Assembly (NCBI GenBank): GCA_963828465.1
Contig: CAWHEU010000024.1
Coordinates: 32,001 to 96,000, forward strand
Length of the DNA: 64,000 bases
Direction of reading: 5' to 3'
Source of the DNA: an uncultured Acidobacteriota bacterium
GTDB lineage: Bacteria; Actinomycetota; Acidimicrobiia; Spongiisociales; ZC4RG35
In this document: positions 39,147-48,136 of the stretch, piece by piece
Position numbering within the stretch: the first letter of the stretch is position 1
Layout: each line of letters opens with the position of its first letter
Made by a program: the position numbers and the translations under genes
Notes under the pieces: generated by a model
Databases searched by the model: none
What the model was told of the DNA's origin: nothing
Seen by the model: the letters and a program-made list of their open reading frames with translations, nothing else

Positions 39147-40967
39147 GTGAGCAGCATCCGTTTCGGGATCTCCCGCCTGCCCCCTGAGGATGTCCCCGAT
39201 GAGCAGTTCCTCGATGACCTGGTGGCCAAGGGTCATCGGGCTCTCGAGCTGCCGTTCGTCGATGGTTTCCCCTGGAAGGAGAAGAGGTGCCAGGCATTCG
39301 GCGAGCTGGCCGCCGAACGTGACATCAGACTCTCGGTTCATGCGCCCTATTTCGCCGGACTGACCTTGCCCGACGAGGACCGTGGGCGTCAGTCGCTGGC
39401 CGCCCTGGAGCACACGATGAAGCTGGGCAAGGCTTTGACGGCGCCGGTGATCGTCGCCCATTTCGGGTCCAACTACTCAGAGGAGCCGGATGTCCTGATG
39501 GATCGAATCCGGTCCCGACTCGATTCGGTGGTCTCCAAGGTCGAATCGCTCGGAGTAGGGATGGGCTTGGAGACGGCTGGCAACAATCGGTCATTCGGGA
39601 GCCTGGGCGACATCGCCATGCTCGCTTCCGAGTACTCCTTCGTTCGCCCCGTTGTCGACTGGGCCCATGTCCATGCGATGACCGGGGGTGGCCTCACCTC
39701 CAAGGACGCCTTCGTCTCGGTGTTCTCCTTCATTCAGAGTCAGTTTCCCGGCTGGATGATCGCCCCGCTTCAGACTCAGTTCTCGGACAACGAGTTCGGC
39801 GCCGGGGGCGAGATCCGACACATCGCCTACGGGGAGGGGACCCTTCGAGTCGGGCCACTGGTCGAGGCGGCCCAGGAAGCGGGGGTCGGCATGGTGCTGA
39901 TCTCGGAGGCGAGGGACCTGGCCAGTCACGACCGGATCTGGGAGGAGACGAGACTGCAGATGGAGGCCAGGCCCTCCACAGACTCGGGCCGGCTCGTCTT
40001 CACCGCGGAAGCCCCTTTTCCCTCACCTATCAGCGCGATCAAGGAAGGCGATGGGTTCAAACCGGTGGGGCTCGATCGGCCGCTTCGGTTGACGAATCTG
40101 GACAAGGTCTATTTTCCCGACGAGGGCGTAACCAAGGGCGACCTGATCCAGTACTACGCCTCGGTGGCGCCGGTTCTGCTGCCCCATCTGGCAGGGCGGC
40201 CGATCTCGATGAGTCGCTACCCGGAGGGGATCAAAGGCCCTTCGTTCTACGAGAAGCGCGCTCCGGGCCACCAACCGGAGTGGATGAGGACGACACCTGT
40301 GGTGTCCGACTCCCAAGGCGGGGTCATCGACTTCCTCGTCGCTGACAGCGTCGAGGCGTTGATGTGGTTCGCCAACATGGGATGCATCGAGACCCATCCG
40401 TTCCACTCCCGTGAAGGTCGACTCGATCACCCCGACTACGCCATCTTCGACTTTGATCCGGCGGAAGGCTCTACGTGGGACCAGGTGGTGGAAGGTGGCC
40501 GGCTCCTCCAAGTAGCTCTCACGCAGCTCGGTCTGGCCGGTTATCCCAAGCTCTCCGGTGCGAGGGGGCTCCATGTCTATGTTCCGCTCGAGCCGGTACA
40601 TGAATTCTCGAGGGTGCGGCGCTTCGTCGGTGAGGTGGGCAATTACCTGGCGGCGGCCAAACCAGACGCCATCACCATGGAATGGGACAAGCCGAAACGG
40701 AAGGGCAAGGTGTTCGTCGATCACAACCGGAACGCCTCCGGCCAGACCGTCGCCTCGGTCTATTCGGTCCGGCCCCGTCCTGGTGCATCGGTTTCGGCGC
40801 CGCTGACCTGGGAGGAGCTCGGCGAGATAGCCAACGGCGATATCACCATCATCAACCTCTGGGACCGTCTCCAGCGGTATGGCGACCTGTTTGCCCCGGT
40901 CGTTGCCGGGGGTCAAACCCTCGACGCCGCCGAGGAGGCCCTGGGGATCGCCTCAGGTTCGAAGTAA
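39147..40967 (+). CDS. ligD: Fusion: endonuclease IV-like TIM barrel + LigD-type primase-polymerase domain (no ligase domain)
   Basis: N-term SVHAPYF, VAHFG, GLET, VDWAH, GEIRH, ISE. C-term LTNLDKVYFP..TKGDL..YY, RYPEG, DFDP, SGARGLH, FVDHNRN, YSVR. Confidence 0.88.
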   Translation: MSSIRFGISRLPPEDVPDEQFLDDLVAKGHRALELPFVDGFPWKEKRCQAFGELAAERDIRLSVHAPYFAGLTLPDEDRGRQSLAALEHTMKLGKALTAPVIVAHFGSNYSEEPDVLMDRIRSRLDSVVSKVESLGVGMGLETAGNNRSFGSLGDIAMLASEYSFVRPVVDWAHVHAMTGGGLTSKDAFVSVFSFIQSQFPGWMIAPLQTQFSDNEFGAGGEIRHIAYGEGTLRVGPLVEAAQEAGVGMVLISEARDLASHDRIWEETRLQMEARPSTDSGRLVFTAEAPFPSPISAIKEGDGFKPVGLDRPLRLTNLDKVYFPDEGVTKGDLIQYYASVAPVLLPHLAGRPISMSRYPEGIKGPSFYEKRAPGHQPEWMRTTPVVSDSQGGVIDFLVADSVEALMWFANMGCIETHPFHSREGRLDHPDYAIFDFDPAEGSTWDQVVEGGRLLQVALTQLGLAGYPKLSGARGLHVYVPLEPVHEFSRVRRFVGEVGNYLAAAKPDAITMEWDKPKRKGKVFVDHNRNASGQTVASVYSVRPRPGASVSAPLTWEELGEIANGDITIINLWDRLQRYGDLFAPVVAGGQTLDAAEEALGIASGSK

Positions 40968-40991
40968 CCGCCGTCTTGCTAGCGTCCTGTG

Positions 40992-42062
40992 ATGGATCTG
41001 TACGCCCGGGTCAACATCCTGGGGGGCCTGTCAGTGCGGCTTCCCCGAGGGCGGCTGGATGACGCCATCGCCCTCGACAATGACCCGATCAGACGGGCCC
41101 GGCATTGGGCGGAGCAGGGCGTCGACTACATGCACATCGTCGATCTCGACGCCGCCGCCTATGGCGACTATCGCAACCGTGAGTTGATCGACCGGCTGAT
41201 CGACGAGGTCCCGGTCCCGGTCCAGGTCGCTGGAGGTATTCGCTCCGAAGGTGAGGCGCAGCGTCTGATCCAGAAGGGAGCCTGGCGCATCGTCATGGGC
41301 ACCGCCGCGATAGAGAACCAGAACATGGTCTGGGATCTATGTCGTGAGAACCCTGACAAGATCGCCGTATCGGTAGACGTCCGCTCCGATGAGGAGATCG
41401 TGACCAAGGGCTGGACGCAGAACAGCGGTCGCTATCTCGAGGAGGTGCTCATCGAGATGTCGTCGGCTGGCGTGGTGGCATTCCTCGTGTCCGAGGCCGG
41501 TCGTGACGCCCTCGAAGACCCGCCCAACTTCCAGATCATGGCCGAGGCGTTGGCCACGGTCGAGCAGCCCGTGATCGCGGCGGGCGGGGTCAGGGACCTC
41601 GAGGATCTACGAGACCTGTTGCGTCTGGAGGCCGCCGGGCGAAGCCTCGATGGGGTGGTCGTCGGTCGTGAGGTGACGGCCGGCCGCTTCACCATCGAGG
41701 AGGCGAAGCAGGTGCTCGCCGGTGGTGGACCCACACGGGCCCCGGGCGGGGTAGTGGCCACCACAGTCCGTGTCGGGGTGACCTCCTTGCAGAAATCCCT
41801 CGATTTCTACGGCGGGCTCGGGTTCACCCATGTCCGCACGCCCACGCAGGGTGTTGCGGCCGAGGTGATCGAGTCGGCGAAGGGGCAAAGGATCGAATTG
41901 GTCGAGGGTCAAGATCGGCCCGCCGCCCTCACCTTCGTCGTCGACGACCTGGAGCGCTGGGGTCAGCACCTGAGCAGCCTCGATCTCGAGATGAGCGCCA
42001 GAGACAACGTCATCGAGATCACCGACCCCGACGGGCTCCAGCTTCGGTTCGAGCAAGCCTGA
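40992..42062 (+). CDS. HisA/HisF-related TIM barrel fused to a C-terminal VOC domain
   Basis: HIVDLDAA, QVAGGIRS, MGTAA, VSVD, IAAGGV. C-term V.SL.KSLDFY..LGF...TDPDG..L. Confidence 0.8.
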   Translation: MDLYARVNILGGLSVRLPRGRLDDAIALDNDPIRRARHWAEQGVDYMHIVDLDAAAYGDYRNRELIDRLIDEVPVPVQVAGGIRSEGEAQRLIQKGAWRIVMGTAAIENQNMVWDLCRENPDKIAVSVDVRSDEEIVTKGWTQNSGRYLEEVLIEMSSAGVVAFLVSEAGRDALEDPPNFQIMAEALATVEQPVIAAGGVRDLEDLRDLLRLEAAGRSLDGVVVGREVTAGRFTIEEAKQVLAGGGPTRAPGGVVATTVRVGVTSLQKSLDFYGGLGFTHVRTPTQGVAAEVIESAKGQRIELVEGQDRPAALTFVVDDLERWGQHLSSLDLEMSARDNVIEITDPDGLQLRFEQA

Positions 42063-42077
42063 TTCGAGCTACTCGAA

Positions 42078-43637
42078 TCAGTTCTTGATCAGGGTCCGGG
42101 ATTGTTCCCGGAGAAACTGGCGCAGGTACCAGGGACCGCCCCCGCCGGTGCCGGATGTCCCCGACCCCTTCCAGCCGCCGAACGGATTGATGTCCGGCCA
42201 GGCGCCGGTTGTGGCTCCGGCCGCCCGGTTCACGTAAGTGACACCCGCCTGGATCTGGTTGAACCAGGTGTCGATCTCCTCTTCCTCGCCGCTGAAGAGC
42301 CCGGCGGTGAGACCGAAATCGGTGTCGTTGGAGAGGGCGATCCCTTCTTCCAACGACTTGACCTTGGTGACGGCCACGAAGGGAACGAACAGCTCTTCCT
42401 TCCAGACCCATGAGTCGAGAGGGGCGCTGACCACGGTGGGCGCCACGTAGGACCCCTTCGCCAGTTCGCCCTCGGTGAGGGCAACGCCCCCGGCCAGGAC
42501 CTCCCCGCCGCTGTTCTTCACCTCGTCCACCGCCTTCTGGAAACGCTCCACGGCAGCATCATCGATGACAGGTCCCATGAAGGTGCCCTGCTCGAGGGGA
42601 TTGCCGACTGCAACGGATCCGGTCGCCTCGACCAGCTTGTCGATCAACTCGTCGTAGACCTCCTCCTCGACGTAAACCCTGGACGTTGCGCTGCACTTCT
42701 GGCCGCTGAGGCCGAATGCACCCCGGACAATCCCCTGTGTGGCCACGTCGAGATCGGCGCTCGAGGTGACGACGACCGGGTTTTTCCCACCCATCTCACA
42801 CACCACGGGCTTTGGCCTCGTCTCGTTCACCGTCCGGTACAGGTACATGCCCACCGGATAGGAGCCGGTGAAGGTGAGCCCGTCGACCTTCGGGTGATGG
42901 GCCAGGTAGTCCCCGATCTCGTCCCCACCGGTGACGACATGGAGGGCCTCCTTTGGCAGGCCGGCCTCCAGCATCACCCGATGGAACTCGAGCGCCATCA
43001 GGGCCCCCTGGTTGGACGGCTTGATGACCACTGTGTTGCCGGTGATCAATGCTCCGGTGGAAGGGCCGCCGGCGAGCGCCATCGGGAAATTGAACGGTGA
43101 GATGACTCCCCAGACCCCGAACGGGCGCAACACCGAAGTGTTGGCGTCATTGGGACCGTGAGAGCTGAGCGGGGTGATGAATCCGTCATGCTCGGTGATC
43201 TGACCCGCGTAGTAGCGGAGGAACTCGACGGTCTCGGCCACATCGCCCAGCGACTCGAGACGGTTCTTCCCGATCTCATAGGACATAAGGGCAGCGAGCT
43301 CGAAGAGCTGGCCGTCCATGTGATCCGCCGCCGCCAGCATGAGATCTCGCCGGCGTTCCCAGCCCCAAGCCTCCCATTCCGGTGCGAAGGCCTTGGCGGC
43401 GGACAGCGCGTCGTCCACGTCCTGGGTCACTGCCTGGGCATAGCGGCCAACGACGATCCCGGAGTCGATTGGCGAAACCTCTGCGTAAAAATCCCTGTCC
43501 TTGCGATGCTTGCCATCGACGGCGACGCCGTGATCCTGCCCGAGCCGCGGCTTCACGCTCTCCAGGGCGTCCTCATAGGCCCTGTTCATCTCCTCGTTGT
43601 CCGTGGACATCGTGGCGTAGGTGATCTTCATCGGCAT
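42078..43637 (-). CDS. Aldehyde dehydrogenase (1-pyrroline-5-carboxylate dehydrogenase-like)
   Basis: ISPFNFP, FTGS, EMGGKN, GQKCSATSR, EELF.P, PFGGWKGSG. Confidence 0.88.
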   Translation of the reverse strand: MPMKITYATMSTDNEEMNRAYEDALESVKPRLGQDHGVAVDGKHRKDRDFYAEVSPIDSGIVVGRYAQAVTQDVDDALSAAKAFAPEWEAWGWERRRDLMLAAADHMDGQLFELAALMSYEIGKNRLESLGDVAETVEFLRYYAGQITEHDGFITPLSSHGPNDANTSVLRPFGVWGVISPFNFPMALAGGPSTGALITGNTVVIKPSNQGALMALEFHRVMLEAGLPKEALHVVTGGDEIGDYLAHHPKVDGLTFTGSYPVGMYLYRTVNETRPKPVVCEMGGKNPVVVTSSADLDVATQGIVRGAFGLSGQKCSATSRVYVEEEVYDELIDKLVEATGSVAVGNPLEQGTFMGPVIDDAAVERFQKAVDEVKNSGGEVLAGGVALTEGELAKGSYVAPTVVSAPLDSWVWKEELFVPFVAVTKVKSLEEGIALSNDTDFGLTAGLFSGEEEEIDTWFNQIQAGVTYVNRAAGATTGAWPDINPFGGWKGSGTSGTGGGGPWYLRQFLREQSRTLIKN

Positions 43638-43753
43638 GGCTGTGCTGGGTGCGGGCTCATAGCGACCGACGTTAACCAATGGCCGGCACCCGAATCCGGG
43701 GAACCGGTTGGGCTACCGAAGCGAGCAGAGGCTGGCTAGCGTTTCCATCGCAG

Positions 43754-44416
43754 ATGCCAGATTCACCGTGGGTTCTCTACTGGCCTCTCCTGCTGGTGGG
43801 GGCCTATCTCTTGGGGTCGATTCCGTTCGCCCAGGTCGTCGGGCGCCTCCGGGGCGTGGATCTGCGCTACGTCGGCAGCGGCAACGTCGGTGCCGGCAAC
43901 CTGACCCGCGTCGCCGGTTGGCAATGGGGGCTAATTGGCGGCGTGCTCGACGGCCTCAAAGGCTTGTTCCCGGTTCTGATCGCTCAAGGCATGGGGTTTG
44001 GCAAAGGCGCCGCCGGGATGGTGGGGCTCATGGCCGTTGTCGGTCATAACTGGTCGGTGTTCCTGAGGGGTCGATCGGGGCGCGGCCTGGCTACTTCAGT
44101 TGGTTTGTTGCTCGCTCTCGACCCGGTGCTGCTGGTCTGGACCACGGGCTGGTCGGTGGCTGGCTGGAAGATCGGTGGGGGTGTGGCCGGCTTCCTCGGA
44201 TGGGGCCTCCTGCCCATCGTCTCCACTGCCATGGGTCGTCCAGCGACTGAGTCGCTGGTCCTTCTGGCTCTCTCGATCGTCATCATGGCGCGCAGGATGC
44301 AGGGCAACCCCGACAGCGCGCGCGGCATGCGTCCGGCGATGAGGCGTGCGATCTTCGACACAGATCCGGGTGGTGGGGACTTTCCGCAAGGCGCGGACGA
44401 CCTGCTGACTCCATGA
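43754..44416 (+). CDS. plsY: Glycerol-3-phosphate acyltransferase PlsY family
   Basis: YLLGSIPF, GSGNVGAGN, LDGLKG, GHNWSVF..GRSGRGLAT. Confidence 0.8.
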   Translation: MPDSPWVLYWPLLLVGAYLLGSIPFAQVVGRLRGVDLRYVGSGNVGAGNLTRVAGWQWGLIGGVLDGLKGLFPVLIAQGMGFGKGAAGMVGLMAVVGHNWSVFLRGRSGRGLATSVGLLLALDPVLLVWTTGWSVAGWKIGGGVAGFLGWGLLPIVSTAMGRPATESLVLLALSIVIMARRMQGNPDSARGMRPAMRRAIFDTDPGGGDFPQGADDLLTP

Positions 44417-45363
44417 GCCCGAAGCGGGTGGCATGGATCGCGGTCATTGCCGCGATCGTTTACGCCGGTTTCGCCGGTTTCATCCTCAACAACTTCGAAC
44501 TGCCGGAGATGAACGCGTACGCGTGGGGTCTGGTTGCACTCGCTGCCCTCGCCCAGATCACGGCGAGCTGGTTCTACGGGTTGCTCTACAAAGAGTCGGT
44601 GGAAGAGGCCGGTGGCCAGCTCAAGGCCTTTTCTGCGTTCAAAGCAGCATTGGTCGGCGCAGGTGTCGCCCGGCTCATACCGGCCGGCGGGGCCATCACC
44701 CCGGTGGCTATGGGCTGGACCGTCCGGGATGAAGAGCCCGGAACGACCGGCGCCGCGGTTCGGGCCGTCCTCCTCAACTATGCCGGGCTGCTGATGATGA
44801 CCGGGGTCGGACTGCTGCTGGCCCGGCCTGAGGATTCAGCCCGGATCGCCTCCGTCAGCCTGACCGTTCTCGCCCCGTTCGTCCTCCTCGCCGGCGTCCT
44901 CCTCATGTTTGGCTCCGGGAAGCTGGGATCACTCTCCCGATTCCTGCCTAAGGCCATTCGCAAGCGTCTCGATACGACGGTCATCGACCATCTCCCCGGC
45001 CCGGAGTCGCAGACCTACATCTGGTGTCGGCTGATCCTCGAGGGCACCGCACTTGGCCTCGTGCTCATCGCGTTCGGGCTCGACGTGAATGTGTTCCAGG
45101 TCATGGCCGCCTTCGGCGCGGCGTCGATCGCCGGAGGGCTCCCGGGCACCCCCGGCGGACTCGGGGTCACCGAGGCCGGGCTGGTCTTCATCCTCAGCGC
45201 CTACGGCTTCCCGGCAGCCACGACCGTGGCGCCCGTGATCATCTACCGGATCGTCTCCTATTGGCTGCCGGCGGCCCTCAGCTTCTTCGCCGGAGGTATG
45301 ACCTTCCTCAGGTCGCCCGAGGCGAAGGCTGCTGCGGAAGTCGATTACGAGGGACAGCACTGA
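44413..45363 (+). CDS. Lysylphosphatidylglycerol synthase TM / flippase-like protein (YbhN family)
   Basis: PGTPGGLGVTEAG, YRIVSYWLP. Multi-pass. Overlaps the plsY stop. Confidence 0.85.
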   Translation: MSPKRVAWIAVIAAIVYAGFAGFILNNFELPEMNAYAWGLVALAALAQITASWFYGLLYKESVEEAGGQLKAFSAFKAALVGAGVARLIPAGGAITPVAMGWTVRDEEPGTTGAAVRAVLLNYAGLLMMTGVGLLLARPEDSARIASVSLTVLAPFVLLAGVLLMFGSGKLGSLSRFLPKAIRKRLDTTVIDHLPGPESQTYIWCRLILEGTALGLVLIAFGLDVNVFQVMAAFGAASIAGGLPGTPGGLGVTEAGLVFILSAYGFPAATTVAPVIIYRIVSYWLPAALSFFAGGMTFLRSPEAKAAAEVDYEGQH

Positions 45364-45377
45364 AGTAGCCTCGGGTC

Positions 45378-45824
45378 ATGCCCGAGACCATCGACTTCAA
45401 CCTTCCCAACCAGGATGGGGAGACCGTCAGCTCCGAGGATTTCGCCGGGAAGCGCCTGGTCATGTTCTTCTATCCGGCCGCGATGACGCCGGGGTGCACC
45501 AAAGAGTCGTGTGACTTCCGCGACAGCTACCAGGAGTTCTCCGAGGCGGGTTACGAGATAGTCGGGGTCAGTCCCGACACTCCGGCCAAGAACGCAAAGT
45601 TCAAGGAGAAGGAGGGCCTCAACTTCGACCTGCTCTCCGATCAGGACAAGGAGCTGGCCACCTCGCTCGGTGCCTGGGGTGAGAAGAAGATGTACGGGAA
45701 GACGATGGACGGCCTGATCAGGTCCACATTCGTCATTGGCGCCGACGGCCAGATCGAGAAGGCGTACCGGAACGTCAAGGCCACCGGTCACGTCGCCCGG
45801 GTCAAGGCTGACCTCCTGGGCTGA
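45378..45824 (+). CDS. bcp: Peroxiredoxin Q / BCP
   Basis: FYPAAMTPGCTKESCDFRD, GVSPD, RSTFVI, GH. Confidence 0.93.
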   Translation: MPETIDFNLPNQDGETVSSEDFAGKRLVMFFYPAAMTPGCTKESCDFRDSYQEFSEAGYEIVGVSPDTPAKNAKFKEKEGLNFDLLSDQDKELATSLGAWGEKKMYGKTMDGLIRSTFVIGADGQIEKAYRNVKATGHVARVKADLLG

Positions 45825-45955
45825 GTTTCCTCCCCCAGGAGCGAAGCGACGTTGGGGGAGGTGGCCCGCAGGGCCGGAGGGGGTCTTTGGGGGAGGTGGC
45901 CAAGGAGTCCCCCCTCCCCGCCTGCGGCGGGACTCCCCCCTTCGGGGGGAGAAAC
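45825..45955. repeat. Inverted doublet of REP-like elements between convergent genes
   Basis: 45825-45885 (-) and 45907-45955 (+) both read CCCCCTCC-hairpin-CTCCCCC-loop-GGGGGAG-AAAC. Same family as 26761. Confidence 0.8.
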
Positions 45956-45969
45956 AGGGCCGGAGCGGG

Positions 45970-46851
45970 CTATTCGCCTAACTCGATGCCGGCCAGCTCT
46001 TCCAGGGCCTTGACCAGGGCGTGGTTGCCCTCAGAGCCGAGATCCTGGGCCTGGAGAGCGCGGTAGAGCTGGAAGACCAGGGAAGTCCCGGGCAGCGGTA
46101 TGCCCAGTTCGTCCGCCGTGTCGAGAACGATGCGAAGGTCTTTCTGCTGCAGGTCGATGGTGAATCCGGGTCGCCAGTCGCGGGCGATCATCTGTGGGCC
46201 CCGGTTGGACAGCATCCACGACCCTGCTGCCCCGCCTTCGACCGCCGCCAGCGTCGTACCCAGATCTAGGCCAGCCCCTTGCGCCAGCAGCAATGCTTCG
46301 GAAGCGGCCAACTCATTGAGCACGACCAGCACCTGGTTGACCGCTTTGGCCATCTGGCCCGATCCCGGCTCCTCGCCGATGTGTGTGATCGTCTTCGAGT
46401 AAGCCTCCATGAAGGGCCGAGCGCGCTCCAAGGCCTCGCTAGGGCCGCCGGCCATGACCGCCAGGGTCCCTTTCTCGGCGCCCTCCGACCCACCGGATAC
46501 CGGTGCGTCCACCCAGGACACCCCGGACTCGGAGGCGCGGGCTGCGAGTTCCCGAGTGGCGCCGGGCGAGATCGTGGAGTGGTCGACGAGGACCGCGCCT
46601 CGGGTCAGGCCGTGGATGACTCCGTTGTCGCCGAAGACCACTTCCTCCACATCCGGCGTATCGGACACGCAGACGAAGACGATGTCGCTCGCCTTGCCCA
46701 GCTCAATTGGGTCGGCTGCGAGGTCACAGACGAGATCCACTCCCTTTCCTGCGGTCCGGTTCCAGACGGTCAAGCTGTTCCCGGCCATGAGCAGGTTCAG
46801 GGCCATCCCGTGACCCATCGTGCCGAGGCCGATGAAACCGAGACGAGTCAT
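45970..46851 (-). CDS. Beta-hydroxyacid dehydrogenase (2-hydroxy-3-oxopropionate reductase / 3-hydroxyisobutyrate dehydrogenase family)
   Basis: FIGLGTMG, DAPVSGG, KAVNQ, KDL. Confidence 0.9.
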   Translation of the reverse strand: MTRLGFIGLGTMGHGMALNLLMAGNSLTVWNRTAGKGVDLVCDLAADPIELGKASDIVFVCVSDTPDVEEVVFGDNGVIHGLTRGAVLVDHSTISPGATRELAARASESGVSWVDAPVSGGSEGAEKGTLAVMAGGPSEALERARPFMEAYSKTITHIGEEPGSGQMAKAVNQVLVVLNELAASEALLLAQGAGLDLGTTLAAVEGGAAGSWMLSNRGPQMIARDWRPGFTIDLQQKDLRIVLDTADELGIPLPGTSLVFQLYRALQAQDLGSEGNHALVKALEELAGIELGE

Positions 46852-46886
46852 GGCCGGGCACTCTAGGGGTGTGCTAGACCCACCCC

Positions 46887-48101
46887 ATGCCCCACGATCG
46901 ACTCGATGCCACCATGGCCGGCGAGGTGTCGGCCCTGCGCCAATCGGGGACAGCCAAGGGATCCGAGGCCGTGATCGTGGGCATCGAGCCCGAGCACGAA
47001 GGGCACGGTCCCCGCTATCTCCTCGAAGGAGACGATCGGCGATTCATCAGGATGAACTCCAACGGCTACCTCGGCCTTTCACGGCACCCGGCACTGATCA
47101 AAGCCGAGGAGAGGGCGACGAAGGAGTTCGGCGCCGGGCCGGGAGCCGTGCGGTTCATCTCGGGCACGTATCGGGCACATCTCGATCTCGAACGACGGCT
47201 GGCGTCCTTTCATGTGCGTTCGTCGTCGATGATCTTCTCCTCGGCCTATGCCGCCGTCGTCTCGAGCCTGACTTCGCTGATCACCCCCGACACCGTGGTG
47301 CTCAGCGACGAGCTGAATCACAACTGCATCATCAACGCCCTTCGTCTCTCCCGCCCGGCCTCGAGGGAGGTCTATCCCCATCTCGACTTCGCTGCACTCG
47401 ACACGCTGCTTGCCCGGCCGGCGGGGGCGTCGCGAGCGATTGTCGTAACCGACGGGGTGTTCTCGATGCGCGGCGACTACGCCGATCTCTCGACGCTTAT
47501 GGAAGTCGCCCGGGCGCACGACGACGCGTTTGAGGAGAACGTTGTTGTGGTGGTCGACGACTCCCACGGGGTGGGAGCCTTCGGGGAAACAGGTCGGGGC
47601 ACCGAGGAGTTGTCCGGATCAGGCCAGGTGGACGTCCTCATCGGCACGCTGGGCAAGGCTTTCGGGGTCAACGGGGGATATGTGACCGGGAGCCAGAGCC
47701 TCACCGACTTCCTGCGGGAAAAGGCACCGATGTACATCTACTCCAACCCGATCACCGTGGGTGAGGCCGCCGCCGCCACTGCGGCGTTGTCGGTCGTCGA
47801 TTCCGAAGAGGGCAGCTCCTTGTTGAGGCATCTCGCAGCTATGACGGCCAGATTCGAGAACGGTCTCGTCGACCTGGGTCTGGAGACGATCCCGGGCCCC
47901 CATCCAGTGGTGCCGCTCATGATCAGGGACACAGAGCAGACAACGGCCCTGGTCCGGCATCTCCACGACAACGGCATCCTCGCCACCGGTCTCAACTACC
48001 CGGTTGTGCCCAAGGGCGACGAGGAGATCCGGTTCCAGGTCAATGCCGACCACACCGAGGCCGACATCGATGGGGTGTTGGAGGTACTGGGAGCGTTCTA
48101 G
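46887..48101 (+). CDS. kbl: PLP-dependent alpha-oxoamine synthase (glycine C-acetyltransferase-like)
   Basis: NSNGYLGL, AVRFISGT, SDELNH, DGVFSM.G, DDSH, GTLGKA. Confidence 0.75.
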   Translation: MPHDRLDATMAGEVSALRQSGTAKGSEAVIVGIEPEHEGHGPRYLLEGDDRRFIRMNSNGYLGLSRHPALIKAEERATKEFGAGPGAVRFISGTYRAHLDLERRLASFHVRSSSMIFSSAYAAVVSSLTSLITPDTVVLSDELNHNCIINALRLSRPASREVYPHLDFAALDTLLARPAGASRAIVVTDGVFSMRGDYADLSTLMEVARAHDDAFEENVVVVVDDSHGVGAFGETGRGTEELSGSGQVDVLIGTLGKAFGVNGGYVTGSQSLTDFLREKAPMYIYSNPITVGEAAAATAALSVVDSEEGSSLLRHLAAMTARFENGLVDLGLETIPGPHPVVPLMIRDTEQTTALVRHLHDNGILATGLNYPVVPKGDEEIRFQVNADHTEADIDGVLEVLGAF

Positions 48102-48136
48102 GGAACCGCGAGCAGATCGACCGGCGTCGAACAATC

